Of a stretch of DNA of 40,316 bases, positions 9,332 through 18,353 are shown in pieces. The position numbers and the translations under genes are program-made. Numbering within the stretch: position 1 is the stretch's first letter; every line of letters begins with the position of its first letter. Where the stretch lies: positions 1-40,316 of the forward strand of contig CAYRNG010000155.1 in NCBI GenBank assembly GCA_964425395.1, written 5' to 3'. This stretch comes from an uncultured Candidatus Kuenenia sp. GTDB taxonomy: Bacteria; Planctomycetota; Planctomycetia; Pirellulales; UBA1268. Below the pieces are notes generated by a model. It was not told the DNA's origin, did not search any database, and saw nothing but the letters and a program-made list of their open reading frames with translations.

Positions 9332-10594
9332 ATGGATGACATAAGCCGGTTTCAAGGCCTCGTCGGCGTGGCGGCGATCCTCGGGCTGGCCTATCTCCTT
9401 TCCGAGAACCGCCGGGCGATCTCGCCGCGGATGGTGCTGGGAGGCTTCGGCCTCCAGATAGGTCTGGGCCTCGTGCTCCTCAAGAGCGGGGCGGGCCGGC
9501 GGCTGCTGGACGCGGCCGCCACCTGGGTCAACGCCGTGCTGGCCTGCGGCCGGGCCGGGGCCGCCTTTCTGTTCGGTGAAGCCCTCGCCAGCCCCACCGG
9601 CCCGGCGGGGTTCGTGTTCGCCTTCCAGGTGCTGCCCACGATCGTCTTCGTGGCGGCCCTGTTCGCCGTGCTCTACCACCTCGGCGTCATGCAGCTGGTG
9701 ATCCGTGGCGTGGCCTGGGTGACCAGCCGCCTGCTCGGCTCGAGCGGCGCCGAAACGCTCAACGCCGCCGCCTCGATCTTTCTGGGCCAGACGGAGGCCC
9801 CGCTCACGATCCGGCCCTACCTCGCCCGGCTGACCCGCTCCGAGCTGTTGGTGGTGATGGTCAGCGGTATGGGGCTCGTTTCGGGCGGGATACTGGCCGC
9901 CTACATCGGCTTTGTCGGCGGCGGTGACCCGGCCCTCCGGGAGGCGGCCTCGCGAAGCCTCCTGGCGGCGATCCTGATGACGTTTCCGGCCACGATCTAC
10001 CTGGCCAAGATCGTCGTGCCAGAGACCGACGCCCCCGAGACCCTCGGCCGCCTCGCCTTCGATGAACAACGGCCGGCCGCCAACCTGATCGATGCGGCCG
10101 CCCGCGGCACCCGCGACGGCCTCCTGCTGGCAGTCAACGTGGGGGCGATCCTGATCGCCTTCATCGCCCTGGTGACCCTCGTGAATCTCGGCCTGGGATC
10201 GATCGGCGGCCTGGTCGGCGACCCCGATCTCTCGGTCCAGAAGATCCTCGGCTGGCTCTTGTTCCCGCTGGCCTGGGCGATCGGGGTGCCGGCAAGCGAA
10301 TGCGGCACCGTCGGGGGCCTGCTCGGCCTCCGGACGGTGACCAACGAGGCGGTGGCCTACGAACAGCTCGGCACGCTCGTGCGGGGGGGCGGCCTGGGCC
10401 CCAAGGCGACGATGCTCGCCACGATCGCGATGTGCAGCTTCGCCAACCTCTCGAGCATCGGGATCCAGGTGGGGGGGATCGGGGCGCTCGTGCCCGAGCG
10501 GCGGAGCGAACTGGCCCAACTGGGCCTCAAGGCGCTTCTGGTCGCGACCCTGGCCACCGCCCTCTCGGCCGCCCTCGCCGGCCTGATCACCTGA
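9332..10594 (+). CDS. nupC: NupC/NupG-family concentrative nucleoside transporter
   Basis: Start re-set to the ATG at 9332 (MDDISRFQGLVG), giving 420 aa. The protein is polytopic and carries the CNT-type segment GFVFAFQVLPTIVFVAALFAVLYHLGVMQ. The upstream 175 codons of track ORF 8807..10594 are antisense to hss. Confidence 0.85.
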   Translation: MDDISRFQGLVGVAAILGLAYLLSENRRAISPRMVLGGFGLQIGLGLVLLKSGAGRRLLDAAATWVNAVLACGRAGAAFLFGEALASPTGPAGFVFAFQVLPTIVFVAALFAVLYHLGVMQLVIRGVAWVTSRLLGSSGAETLNAAASIFLGQTEAPLTIRPYLARLTRSELLVVMVSGMGLVSGGILAAYIGFVGGGDPALREAASRSLLAAILMTFPATIYLAKIVVPETDAPETLGRLAFDEQRPAANLIDAAARGTRDGLLLAVNVGAILIAFIALVTLVNLGLGSIGGLVGDPDLSVQKILGWLLFPLAWAIGVPASECGTVGGLLGLRTVTNEAVAYEQLGTLVRGGGLGPKATMLATIAMCSFANLSSIGIQVGGIGALVPERRSELAQLGLKALLVATLATALSAALAGLIT

Positions 10595-10663
10595 CCCGGC
10601 GAGCCTGGGGCCCCCGCGGCTCGATTTCATCGCCCACGCCAGCTACCGAGTGGCGGCGGATCC

Positions 10664-11986
10664 CTACGGGGCTCCCTCAAGTCCGGCGGCCTCGCTCAGC
10701 GGACTGCGGTTGTTGCGAAGCTCCGGGGGATCGGGTGGTCGCCAGCCGCGGGGCGCATTGACGACGACCACCGGCTGGCCCGTGTTGTCGTGGATCCGCA
10801 GGTTATCGGCGATCACGCCGTTCTTCGAGTGCCGCCAGCAGTGGATCGCGTTGCCGCCGCTCTTCATGATGTTGCCGATCACTTCGTAGCCGTCGAGGTT
10901 GAAGTTCGGCTCGATGCAGGTGACGGCCGTCTCCATGTAGTTGTGGTTGCACTTCACGTCGCGGAGGCGTCCGCGGTGTGATGGATGTCCCAGCAGGTAG
11001 GCTGCACCGTTGGGGTTGAGCGTGCGGGTGCCGACGATCGTGATCCGCTCGGCGTCGAAAGACTCTCCCGGGCCGACGCCTCCCCCCGGCAGAAACTCCC
11101 CCGTGTGCTCGCCGTAGCACATCACGGAACGGTTCGTGTCGACCATGGTGATGCCCTGGATGAGCACATCGCGGACCCGCCCGTGCACGAGCACGCAGGC
11201 ATTGATGTCTTTCACGAGGAAGCTCGGCTGCACGTTGTGGCTGGCGTTCATGTCGATGGTCCCCAGGCCTGTGATCCGCACCCGCTCGATGTATTCCGGC
11301 TGCGTGCCGTGACCGACGCGAATGCCATAGGCCTCCGGGCCGTCGTAGGAGACGAACCAGGTGCTCCCCTTGTTGTGGCCGGTGGTGCTGCCAAACCGGA
11401 CCTTCACGCCGTGCGCAAGCTCCTGCCAGCCGCCTGTGATCGCGATGCCCGTGTGTGGCGCCTCGTTGAACCGGCTGCCAGAGGCCGCCACGTTCGCGGT
11501 GCCCTGGGGATTGATCGCGTCCTGAAACACGCCCCAGGCAAACGTATCGGGCCGGCCCGGCTGGCCGTCGGCACCGGCGCCGCCTTGGCTGTCGATCCTG
11601 ATCGTGAAGATCGACGGGCGGCTCAAGTCGAATTCGCCCCCCACCTCCAGATCGTCGAGTTTTTTGCCCGCGTCTTGATCGGTGGTGATCTCGGGTGCGG
11701 CCTCCAGACTGGTCTCGCCATCGGCGAGTTTGAGAATGGACCCGGCGCTGAGGTCGATCGTGATCGGCTTCTCGACCGAGAGGATCGCCCGGTGCCGGCC
11801 GAGGCCGTGCTGATGCAGTCCGGGAAGAAATACGATCGTGTCACCGGCGGCCGCGGCATCGAGGATCGGCTGCGGCGGCGCGCCGGGCTGCACCAGATGC
11901 TCCGCGGCGTCGGCAATGCTCGCGGCCGTGGCCAGCCCAAGGATAGCCGACGCCCCCATCGTCATTGCGTGCCGTGCGCGTCTCAT
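10664..11986 (-). CDS. Secreted protein of unknown function, probable right-handed parallel beta-helix fold
   Basis: 440 aa with ATG at 11984-11986 and signal-like MRRARHAMTMGASAILGLATAASIADA. Repetitive short beta-strand/turn segments (ITGLGTIDMN, VLIQGITMVDTN, ITIVGTRTLN, VIGNIMKSGGNAIH, IADNLRIHDN) suggest a beta-helix. It is the last gene of the minus-strand operon, 6 nt after the aldolase stop. Fold and function are inferred. Confidence 0.6.
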   Translation of the reverse strand: MRRARHAMTMGASAILGLATAASIADAAEHLVQPGAPPQPILDAAAAGDTIVFLPGLHQHGLGRHRAILSVEKPITIDLSAGSILKLADGETSLEAAPEITTDQDAGKKLDDLEVGGEFDLSRPSIFTIRIDSQGGAGADGQPGRPDTFAWGVFQDAINPQGTANVAASGSRFNEAPHTGIAITGGWQELAHGVKVRFGSTTGHNKGSTWFVSYDGPEAYGIRVGHGTQPEYIERVRITGLGTIDMNASHNVQPSFLVKDINACVLVHGRVRDVLIQGITMVDTNRSVMCYGEHTGEFLPGGGVGPGESFDAERITIVGTRTLNPNGAAYLLGHPSHRGRLRDVKCNHNYMETAVTCIEPNFNLDGYEVIGNIMKSGGNAIHCWRHSKNGVIADNLRIHDNTGQPVVVVNAPRGWRPPDPPELRNNRSPLSEAAGLEGAP

Positions 11987-11992
11987 GATGGG

Positions 11993-12847
11993 CTACTCCG
12001 TGCAGCCGTAGATCGCCAAGGCCCGCTCCGCTGAGGCCCCCTCGTGAATCATCGCCATGAACGCGGCCACGATGCGGCCGGGATGCGGATGCTGGTAGAC
12101 GTTTCGCCCGTAGACGAGGCCGGAGGCTCCCTGGGCAAGAAAAGCCGCCGCCTCGGCAAAGACAGTTTCGACCGGCTTGCGGCCGCCGCCGCGGACGAGC
12201 ACGGGGCAGCGGGCCGCCGCGATCACCTCGTGGTAGTCCTCCGGGTGGTCGGTCGGGTCGGCCTTGATCACGTCGGCACCGAGTTCGCGGGCCTGGCGGA
12301 CGAGCGGCACGATGAGATTCTTGTCGCCGTTGACCTGGTATCCCCCGCGCTGCTCGTTGGCCCGAAGCACGAGCGGCTCGATCATCAGCGGCATCCCATA
12401 GCGGTCACAGGCAGCCCGCAGCCGGGCGGCATTGAGACAAGTCTGTCGGTGCAGGTCGGGCTGGCCTGGCATGAGGAGCAGGTTGCAGACCACGGCGGCG
12501 GCGTCGGCCTTGAGCGCGGCGATGATCGGTTCGTCCCAGTGCACGAGCTGGTTGAACATCACTGCATGCGTCGTGGGGTTGTAGAGATTGCCGACGTCGG
12601 TCCGCAGCACAAGGGCCGGCTTCAGCGGGCCCGGAATCTCCTGAAGGAGGTCGGCCTGACCGATGTTCATCTGAATCGCGTCGGGCCCGGCGGCCGCGAG
12701 CGATCGCACGACGGCGGGCATGTCCTCGAGCCCGGCGAGAAACGAGTATTCGTTGAACACGCCATGGTCGATGGCCACGTCGAGGCAGCGGCCGTCGGCG
12801 GCGAGGAAGCGGTTGAGGCGGACCTTGTGACTGCCGAAGAGTATCAT
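11993..12847 (-). CDS. Class I aldolase, DhnA/FbaB/LsrF family
   Basis: 284 aa. It aligns by eye with E. coli LsrF/FbaB blocks: LDVAIDHG, LVLRTD, GADVIKADP (Schiff-base Lys region), CPVLVRGGGRK and GASGLVYGRNVYQHPHP. Confidence 0.85.
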   Translation of the reverse strand: MILFGSHKVRLNRFLAADGRCLDVAIDHGVFNEYSFLAGLEDMPAVVRSLAAAGPDAIQMNIGQADLLQEIPGPLKPALVLRTDVGNLYNPTTHAVMFNQLVHWDEPIIAALKADAAAVVCNLLLMPGQPDLHRQTCLNAARLRAACDRYGMPLMIEPLVLRANEQRGGYQVNGDKNLIVPLVRQARELGADVIKADPTDHPEDYHEVIAAARCPVLVRGGGRKPVETVFAEAAAFLAQGASGLVYGRNVYQHPHPGRIVAAFMAMIHEGASAERALAIYGCTE

Positions 12848-12877
12848 GGCATTAGTTGAGACTACAAACAGCGATTG

Positions 12878-14413
12878 TCAAGTAAAACGGTCGCAGGATT
12901 CCTGGTGACGGTTTGATTTCCAATATGGGGCAAGGGCGGTGAGGGCTTCGGTGAACCCCGCGAAGCGATCCTGCATGACGGCCGAGCGACCTACTGCGGG
13001 CTCATAAACGCGGTCGATCCTGGTCATTCGGGCCGCTGCGAGCCGGAGCGGGCCATGGCCCGCAGCGGCGGCGGCGAGGATCGCGGCGCCCAAGGCACCG
13101 AGCTCACGGCCGGCCGGCACCTCCACAGGCAGGCCCGCCGCGTCGGCGAACATCTGCCCCCACGTCTCCAGCCGGCTGATACCGCCGGTGACCCGCACGG
13201 CCGTGGCCGGCGGACGGTGCTCGAGCAGCCGCCGCAGGTGCCAAAGATGCGCGAACGCGATCCCCTCGAGTACCGCGCGCAGGCAGTGGGCGCGGGTGTG
13301 GTGCGACTGGAGGCCGAGGAAACCGCCAGTGGCTCGGCCGCCGCCGAACGCGCCCGTCACGAACGGCAGGAACAGTGGATCCTGCAGTCCGGGCTCGATC
13401 GAGGCCACGACCGCGTCGATTCCGCCCGCAGCGGCACCGGCGTCGGCTGCCAGCTCGGGCAGCAGGGTGCGGGTGAACCAGTCGAGATTGCCGGCCGATG
13501 TGGGACTCCCCTCCAGGAGGATAAACGTCTCCGGCTCCGGCCCGCACGACGTCATGAACAGGCTCCCGTCGAGGACTGGCCGCGCGGCAAGCGAGAGCGT
13601 GTTGCCCCAAGTCCCGGCTGCCACGCCCAGGGCCGACTCATTGGTGATGCCCGCTGCCAGCAGGCAGGCGTCGATATCGAAAAGCCCACCCGCCACAGGC
13701 GTGCCCGCCGCGAGGCCGGTGGCCGCGGCCGCCGCGGCGTGCACCTGCCCCGCGATCGCCGTGCTCTCCACGAGCGGCGTCATGAGCCGTTGGAATTCCC
13801 CGAGGCCGACCGCCTCGAGCACGGCCGGCTCGTGCCGCCGCGCGACGACCGACATCGCACTCGTGGCCGAGGCGTCGGTGATCTCCGCGGCGATCTCGCC
13901 GACGAGATTTATCCGCGTGACGTCTTTCATCGCCACGGCATGCCGCGCCGCGGTGAGCGGCCCGGGGTCGTGGTCGCGGAGCCAGGCGAGGAGCGCCGGC
14001 GGCTGGCCCGGCCAGAGCGACTGCGCCGTGTGAGGCAGGATCGCGGAGGCCGCGCCCGAAGCCGTCTGGTACTCGACCCAGTCACGGGCCCGCGTGTCGC
14101 CCGAGCCGATGAACGGCCGCACGGCCCGGCCCGCCGCGTCGAGCAAGTGCAGGCCGTTGCCGTAGCCCGTGCAGCCGACGGCGGTGATCGCCGCGGGCGG
14201 GATGGCGGCTTGCGCGATCACCTCGCGGATGCAGTTGGCGGTGTCATCCCACAAGCGCTCCGGATCGCGCTCGGCACGGTCGGCCTGCGGGTTCTGCACG
14301 GCCACCCGCCGCGCCGCCACCGCGACTTCGCGGCCCTCTGCGTCGAACACCGCCGCCTTGGTGATGGTGCTGCCGTTGTCAACGCCGAGCCAGTGCGGGT
14401 CGCGGGAGGTCAT
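12878..14413 (-). CDS. FGGY-family carbohydrate kinase
   Basis: 511 aa. N-terminal WLGVDNGSTITKAAVFD and C-terminal VTGGISRLETWGQMFADAAGLPVEV are FGGY signatures. Substrate is unknown. Confidence 0.85.
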   Translation of the reverse strand: MTSRDPHWLGVDNGSTITKAAVFDAEGREVAVAARRVAVQNPQADRAERDPERLWDDTANCIREVIAQAAIPPAAITAVGCTGYGNGLHLLDAAGRAVRPFIGSGDTRARDWVEYQTASGAASAILPHTAQSLWPGQPPALLAWLRDHDPGPLTAARHAVAMKDVTRINLVGEIAAEITDASATSAMSVVARRHEPAVLEAVGLGEFQRLMTPLVESTAIAGQVHAAAAAATGLAAGTPVAGGLFDIDACLLAAGITNESALGVAAGTWGNTLSLAARPVLDGSLFMTSCGPEPETFILLEGSPTSAGNLDWFTRTLLPELAADAGAAAGGIDAVVASIEPGLQDPLFLPFVTGAFGGGRATGGFLGLQSHHTRAHCLRAVLEGIAFAHLWHLRRLLEHRPPATAVRVTGGISRLETWGQMFADAAGLPVEVPAGRELGALGAAILAAAAAGHGPLRLAAARMTRIDRVYEPAVGRSAVMQDRFAGFTEALTALAPYWKSNRHQESCDRFT

Positions 14414-14423
14414 GGGCCGGGCG

Positions 14424-15533
14424 TCACCTGCCGCCCGTCGCGGCAGCCTGCGGATCGGCGGCGGGAAGGCGGAAGATGCTCAGGGTATGAACCGCGTCAA
14501 AGGCCTTGTTTTTCATGCCGGGAAACGGCATATCGAAATTGGCCACGATCAGGTCGTCACCTCTCACAAGCACCTCGCAGGGCTGGTCAAGGAGCCCGTC
14601 AAGCCCGTCGGCATCATCATTCTCCCAGAGCGTGGTCATCTCGCCCGTTGCCGGATGGAAGACCTGCACCGCATTCCGCTCGGAATTCGCGATGAAAATG
14701 CACTTCCGGGCGGCGTCGTAGAAGATGCCGTCCACGCAGCTGATCGCGGTGGAGGCGACCGTGATCTCCTGTGCCTTGCCGTCAGCCCCGATCGTCACGC
14801 GAGACAAGACACCGTCGCCGAAATTACCCGTGTACAGCCGGCCCGCCGCATCGAATGTGACACCGTCGGCACCGGCCATTTCGTTTCGCGGGTTGGCCCT
14901 CGTCCGAAATGTTGCGAGCAGATGCGGATCATCGAGGCCGGGCATTACTTTGACCACGCCGCGAGACAGCTCTTCGAGCGTGAAGCGGTACACGCCGCTC
15001 ACGCCCGGCTCGCCTTCGATGTCGAGGAACGTATCGGACACATAGACGGCGTCGCCGTGCCAGGCGACGGCGTTGGCGAGCTTCAGCCCTTCGACAGCCA
15101 CTTCGCCACGAACCGGCTGCCCCTGCTTGATCACCACTCGCATCAGTCGCGAGGCATGGTTCTTGTCGTAGAAGTATTGATTGTCGGCATAGTAGACATG
15201 GTCATCGGGGCCGACAGCGATCCCCATCGGGCAGCCCCGCTGCGTGCTGGGGTGCACCGGGCAGGGAAAGAAGATGTGGGTGTCGTTCGCGGGATCGAGC
15301 CTCATGATCAGGCCGGGATAGGTCGTGTCGTTGAAGTTCGGGCAGGAGAGGAGCACATTGCCGTCGTTCATGAGCGTCATGCCGTCGGGCGTGTTGCACC
15401 ATGGGGGCAGACGCACCATGGCGGGTGCCCCCGCTGTCTCGACAGCGTTGATCGGCCCCGGGATGAGCGTGAGCGTCAGAATGAGGGCCGTGGCACTCCG
15501 CCGCGGCCGCGAGCTGCCAGGATCGGTCGCCAT
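14424..15533 (-). CDS. Secreted SMP-30/gluconolactonase/LRE-like six-bladed propeller protein
   Basis: Start re-set to the ATG at 15533 (MATDPGSSRPRRSATALILTL, signal-like), giving 369 aa. Blade motifs PMGIAVGPDDHVYYAD, ANAVAWHGDAVYVSD, GADGVTFDAAGRLYTGNFG and VDGIFYDAARKCIFIAN are present. It is the first gene of the minus-strand operon. Confidence 0.7.
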   Translation of the reverse strand: MATDPGSSRPRRSATALILTLTLIPGPINAVETAGAPAMVRLPPWCNTPDGMTLMNDGNVLLSCPNFNDTTYPGLIMRLDPANDTHIFFPCPVHPSTQRGCPMGIAVGPDDHVYYADNQYFYDKNHASRLMRVVIKQGQPVRGEVAVEGLKLANAVAWHGDAVYVSDTFLDIEGEPGVSGVYRFTLEELSRGVVKVMPGLDDPHLLATFRTRANPRNEMAGADGVTFDAAGRLYTGNFGDGVLSRVTIGADGKAQEITVASTAISCVDGIFYDAARKCIFIANSERNAVQVFHPATGEMTTLWENDDADGLDGLLDQPCEVLVRGDDLIVANFDMPFPGMKNKAFDAVHTLSIFRLPAADPQAAATGGR

Positions 15534-15696
15534 GAGTTCACCGTTGCACGAGAAAGAAGACGTCGGTTGTCCAGTAAAAAATAGTTGGTATGCCAAACAG
15601 ATGCAAGGGATGGCGTGCCTCTGCAGGCGGAATAAGATGACCCACTGGCGGCCCGTTCGGCCGACCATTTGGCCGGTCGAATCCGCGGAATGCCGT

Positions 15697-16524
15697 ATGC
15701 CATCCCGTCCCCGCACACGAACCGTCAGGTCCGCCGAGCCCGATCTCTCGCGGTACCACGTGCCCAACCTCAAGCGGGCGCTCGTACTGATGGAACATCT
15801 CGCGTCGCAGCCGGGCGGTCAGGGCGTCAGCGAGTTGTCCAGGGTGCTGAAGATTCCCAAGAACAGCGTCTTTCGGATCACGGCCACGCTGTTGTCCAGC
15901 GGCTACCTAGCCCGCCGGGCCGACAACACGTTCACCCTCGGGCCCAGGCTGCTCGCGATCGCCTTCATGTCGATGGATGAGCAAAATCTTGTCGGCAAAT
16001 CGCTCGATGTTCTGGCAACGCTTCGCGACGAGACGGGTGAAACCGCGCTGCTCGGTACGCTTTGCGATGGCGAGGGCGTCGTGCTCGAAGAATTGGCGAG
16101 TCCCAGGCCGATCAAGGTGACAGTGACGCTGGGACGACGCTTCCCCATCCACACGGCGGCCCCTGCGAAGGCAATGCTGGCTGCGATGCCACTCGAGGAA
16201 CGGAAGGCGATCCTCGCCTCACTGCGGTTCGCCCGGTTCACACCCCACACGATCACGTCGGTTCACGCGTTCGAGAAAGCCTTGACCGTCGTCCGAGAGC
16301 AGGGCTTTGCGATGGATCATTCCGAGGAGGTGGAGGGCATCTCCTGCATCGCCGCCGCAATCCTCGATTTCCGCGGCCGTCCGATTGGCGCGGTGTGGGT
16401 GACCGGCCCGTCGTTTCGGATCTCCGCCGCCGACCTCTCGGCCATCGCCGCCGCCGTCAAGCGGGCCGCCGCGGCCATCTCGGAACGGTTCGGGCACGGA
16501 GGCTATGGTTTTGGCGGGGCCTGA
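15697..16524 (+). CDS. IclR-family transcriptional regulator
   Basis: 275 aa from the ATG at 15697 (alternative in-frame ATG at 15637). HTH VSELSRVLKIPKNSVFRITATLLSSGYL is followed by an IclR effector domain (GETALLGTL...GVVLEE...FAMDHSEEVEGISCIAAAI). It is divergent from the lactonase-kinase-aldolase operon. Confidence 0.85.
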   Translation: MPSRPRTRTVRSAEPDLSRYHVPNLKRALVLMEHLASQPGGQGVSELSRVLKIPKNSVFRITATLLSSGYLARRADNTFTLGPRLLAIAFMSMDEQNLVGKSLDVLATLRDETGETALLGTLCDGEGVVLEELASPRPIKVTVTLGRRFPIHTAAPAKAMLAAMPLEERKAILASLRFARFTPHTITSVHAFEKALTVVREQGFAMDHSEEVEGISCIAAAILDFRGRPIGAVWVTGPSFRISAADLSAIAAAVKRAAAAISERFGHGGYGFGGA

Positions 16525-18107
16525 ATAATCTGGTGCTGGGCGCGAAGGCGGCGTTGCAGTTCGGGGATCGCGATGTGGTGCAGCGGTTGTGCGGATTCGA
16601 GGGCGAGGGCGGCGGCGACGCCGGCGGCATGTCCCGCGATCATGTACTGGGGCTCCATTCGGAACGAAGCGTATGCGACCGTCGAGGCCGAGATGCAGGA
16701 GGTGACGAGGAGGTTCGAGGCCTCATGCTGGCGGGGCAGCAGCCCGCGGTAGGGGATCTCCCACGGATCGACGGGCACGCTGACGTAGCCTTCCATGAGC
16801 ATCTCATGGTTCATTTCGGGGAAGCGGTATACGGTGCGGGCCACCCACTGGACCTCGCGGATATCGATGTTGTAGCCGCCCATCCCGATGGAGTCGTACT
16901 TCCAGCGACGCGACTGCAGGTCGTGCTGAGTGAGGACGTATTCGCCGAGCATGCGGCGGGCTTCGCGGATATAGAGCTGATGGGGCCAGTGCCCGGTATC
17001 GGGAAATTCGTCGCGGGCGAGGCCCCAACGGCTCATCTCCTCGCGAAGGTGGGCGGGCACGCTCGGTTCGTTGGCGAGGTAATAGAGCAGGCCCTGGGCC
17101 CAGGTGAGGTGCTCGTTCCAGATTTCACGGCGACGGGCGTAGGAGGCTTCGGGATATTCCCAGGACAGGCCGGGGAGGTTGGTGGAAATGCGGGAGGCGT
17201 TGATGTCGGTCTTGGAGTTGGGCATGCGGGCGATGCCCAGGAAGTCTCCAATTCGAGCGTCGGGCCCGAGGGCCTCGAGGTAGTTGGCGACGAGGGCGTA
17301 GCGTCGTGGGTCATACGCTTCGGGGCGGGGCAAGGGAAGGCGGTTGGCGGGGTCGGATGTCAGGCAGAGGCGGAAACAATACGACTGAAATTTGCCGTCG
17401 GCTTCGCCGAGGTTGACAAGGGTGTTCTCGTGCACGACGTACGGAGCGAGGCGGCCGTCTTCGGCGTAGGGGGAGATGGGAACGCGGGCCTGATGGCTGC
17501 CGGGAAGGAAGTCCTGGCGGCCGGCGTATGATTCGTCGTATTGGGAGCGGGCCTCGCGGCCAACCGTGTAGGAGACGCCGGCGGCCTTCATCAGGTCACC
17601 TTCGTAAGAGGCGTCGATGAAGATGGGGGCTGCAAAGGTGGCGCCCTGCGTGGTGCGGAAGCGGAGGATGCGGCTGCCATCCTTATCCACGGCGTCGTGT
17701 TCGGCGATCTGCTGGCGGAGGTGGACGGTGACGCCTGCGTCGCGGAGCATCTCGTTGAGGATGCGTTCGGCGACGCTTGGCTCGAAGGTCCATGCAAGGG
17801 GCTAGTTGTAGTGCACGCCGGCCCGCTGGAAGAACTCGAGGGCGAGTCCGCCGATAAGGTCTTGCTGACGGTCCATGTCGGTCCGCCCGAGTCCGCCAGA
17901 GAGCATGCCGCCGATGTGCCCGCCAGGTTCGACGAGCGCGGCGTGGGCGCCGGCGCGGGCAGCCGCGATGGCGGCGGCGGCGCCGGAAGCGGTTCCCCCG
18001 TAAACGATGACATCCGGGGGCCGAGCGGCAGGGGCTGCGGCTGCGGCGAGCAGAAGGCAGAAGAGGGCGAGGGTCTTCATGGGGCTGGTATCAGGAGCGT
18101 CAGGCAT
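16503..18107 (-). pseudogene. FAD-dependent oxidoreductase (PF12831-like) interrupted by one in-frame TAG at 17802-17804
   Basis: Track ORFs 17802..18107 and 16503..17750 are in the same frame. The first holds a signal peptide plus the FAD fold VIVYGGTASGAAAAIAAARAGAHAALVEPGGHIGGM. The minus-strand reading across the junction is ...AGVHYN-TAG-PLAWTFEPSVAERILNEMLRDAGV..., one continuous protein with a single stop. An alternative start ATG lies at 18080 (MKTLALF). Confidence 0.75.
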
Positions 18108-18353
18108 CGTGCATGACGGACAGCATACCTCACTCGGTCGCGGTGGCCTGCTCAGGCATCATGCCGAGTTTGTGGAAAAACGAGCGCCCAACGCTGATCT
18201 CGTGGCATGAGAACACGAGCTTGTGACGGCCCTCGGGCGGGCGGCTGTGGGCTTGACGGCGGCAGTCGTCGCGCGTGAATCAAGCCCGGCCGCTTTCGAG
18301 GGTGGTCCGACGTTGACGGGGCCTTTGAATCACTCCTCCGGCCAGCCAGCGGG

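Noticed and set aside
17802-17804. Programmed recoding (pyrrolysine or another read-through) at the in-frame TAG
   Set aside because: No pyl genes or recoding signals are visible in the window, and the lineage is not known to use amber recoding. A nonsense mutation or a sequencing error is more parsimonious.
18108-18353. Possible gene remnant: the minus-strand reading ...RRLRRQAHSRPPEGRHKLVFSCHEISVGRSFFHKLGMMPEQATATE-stop looks partly protein-like
   Set aside because: It is too short, has no start codon or recognisable family, and the upstream part degenerates into Arg-rich sequence. It cannot be supported as a feature without a database search.
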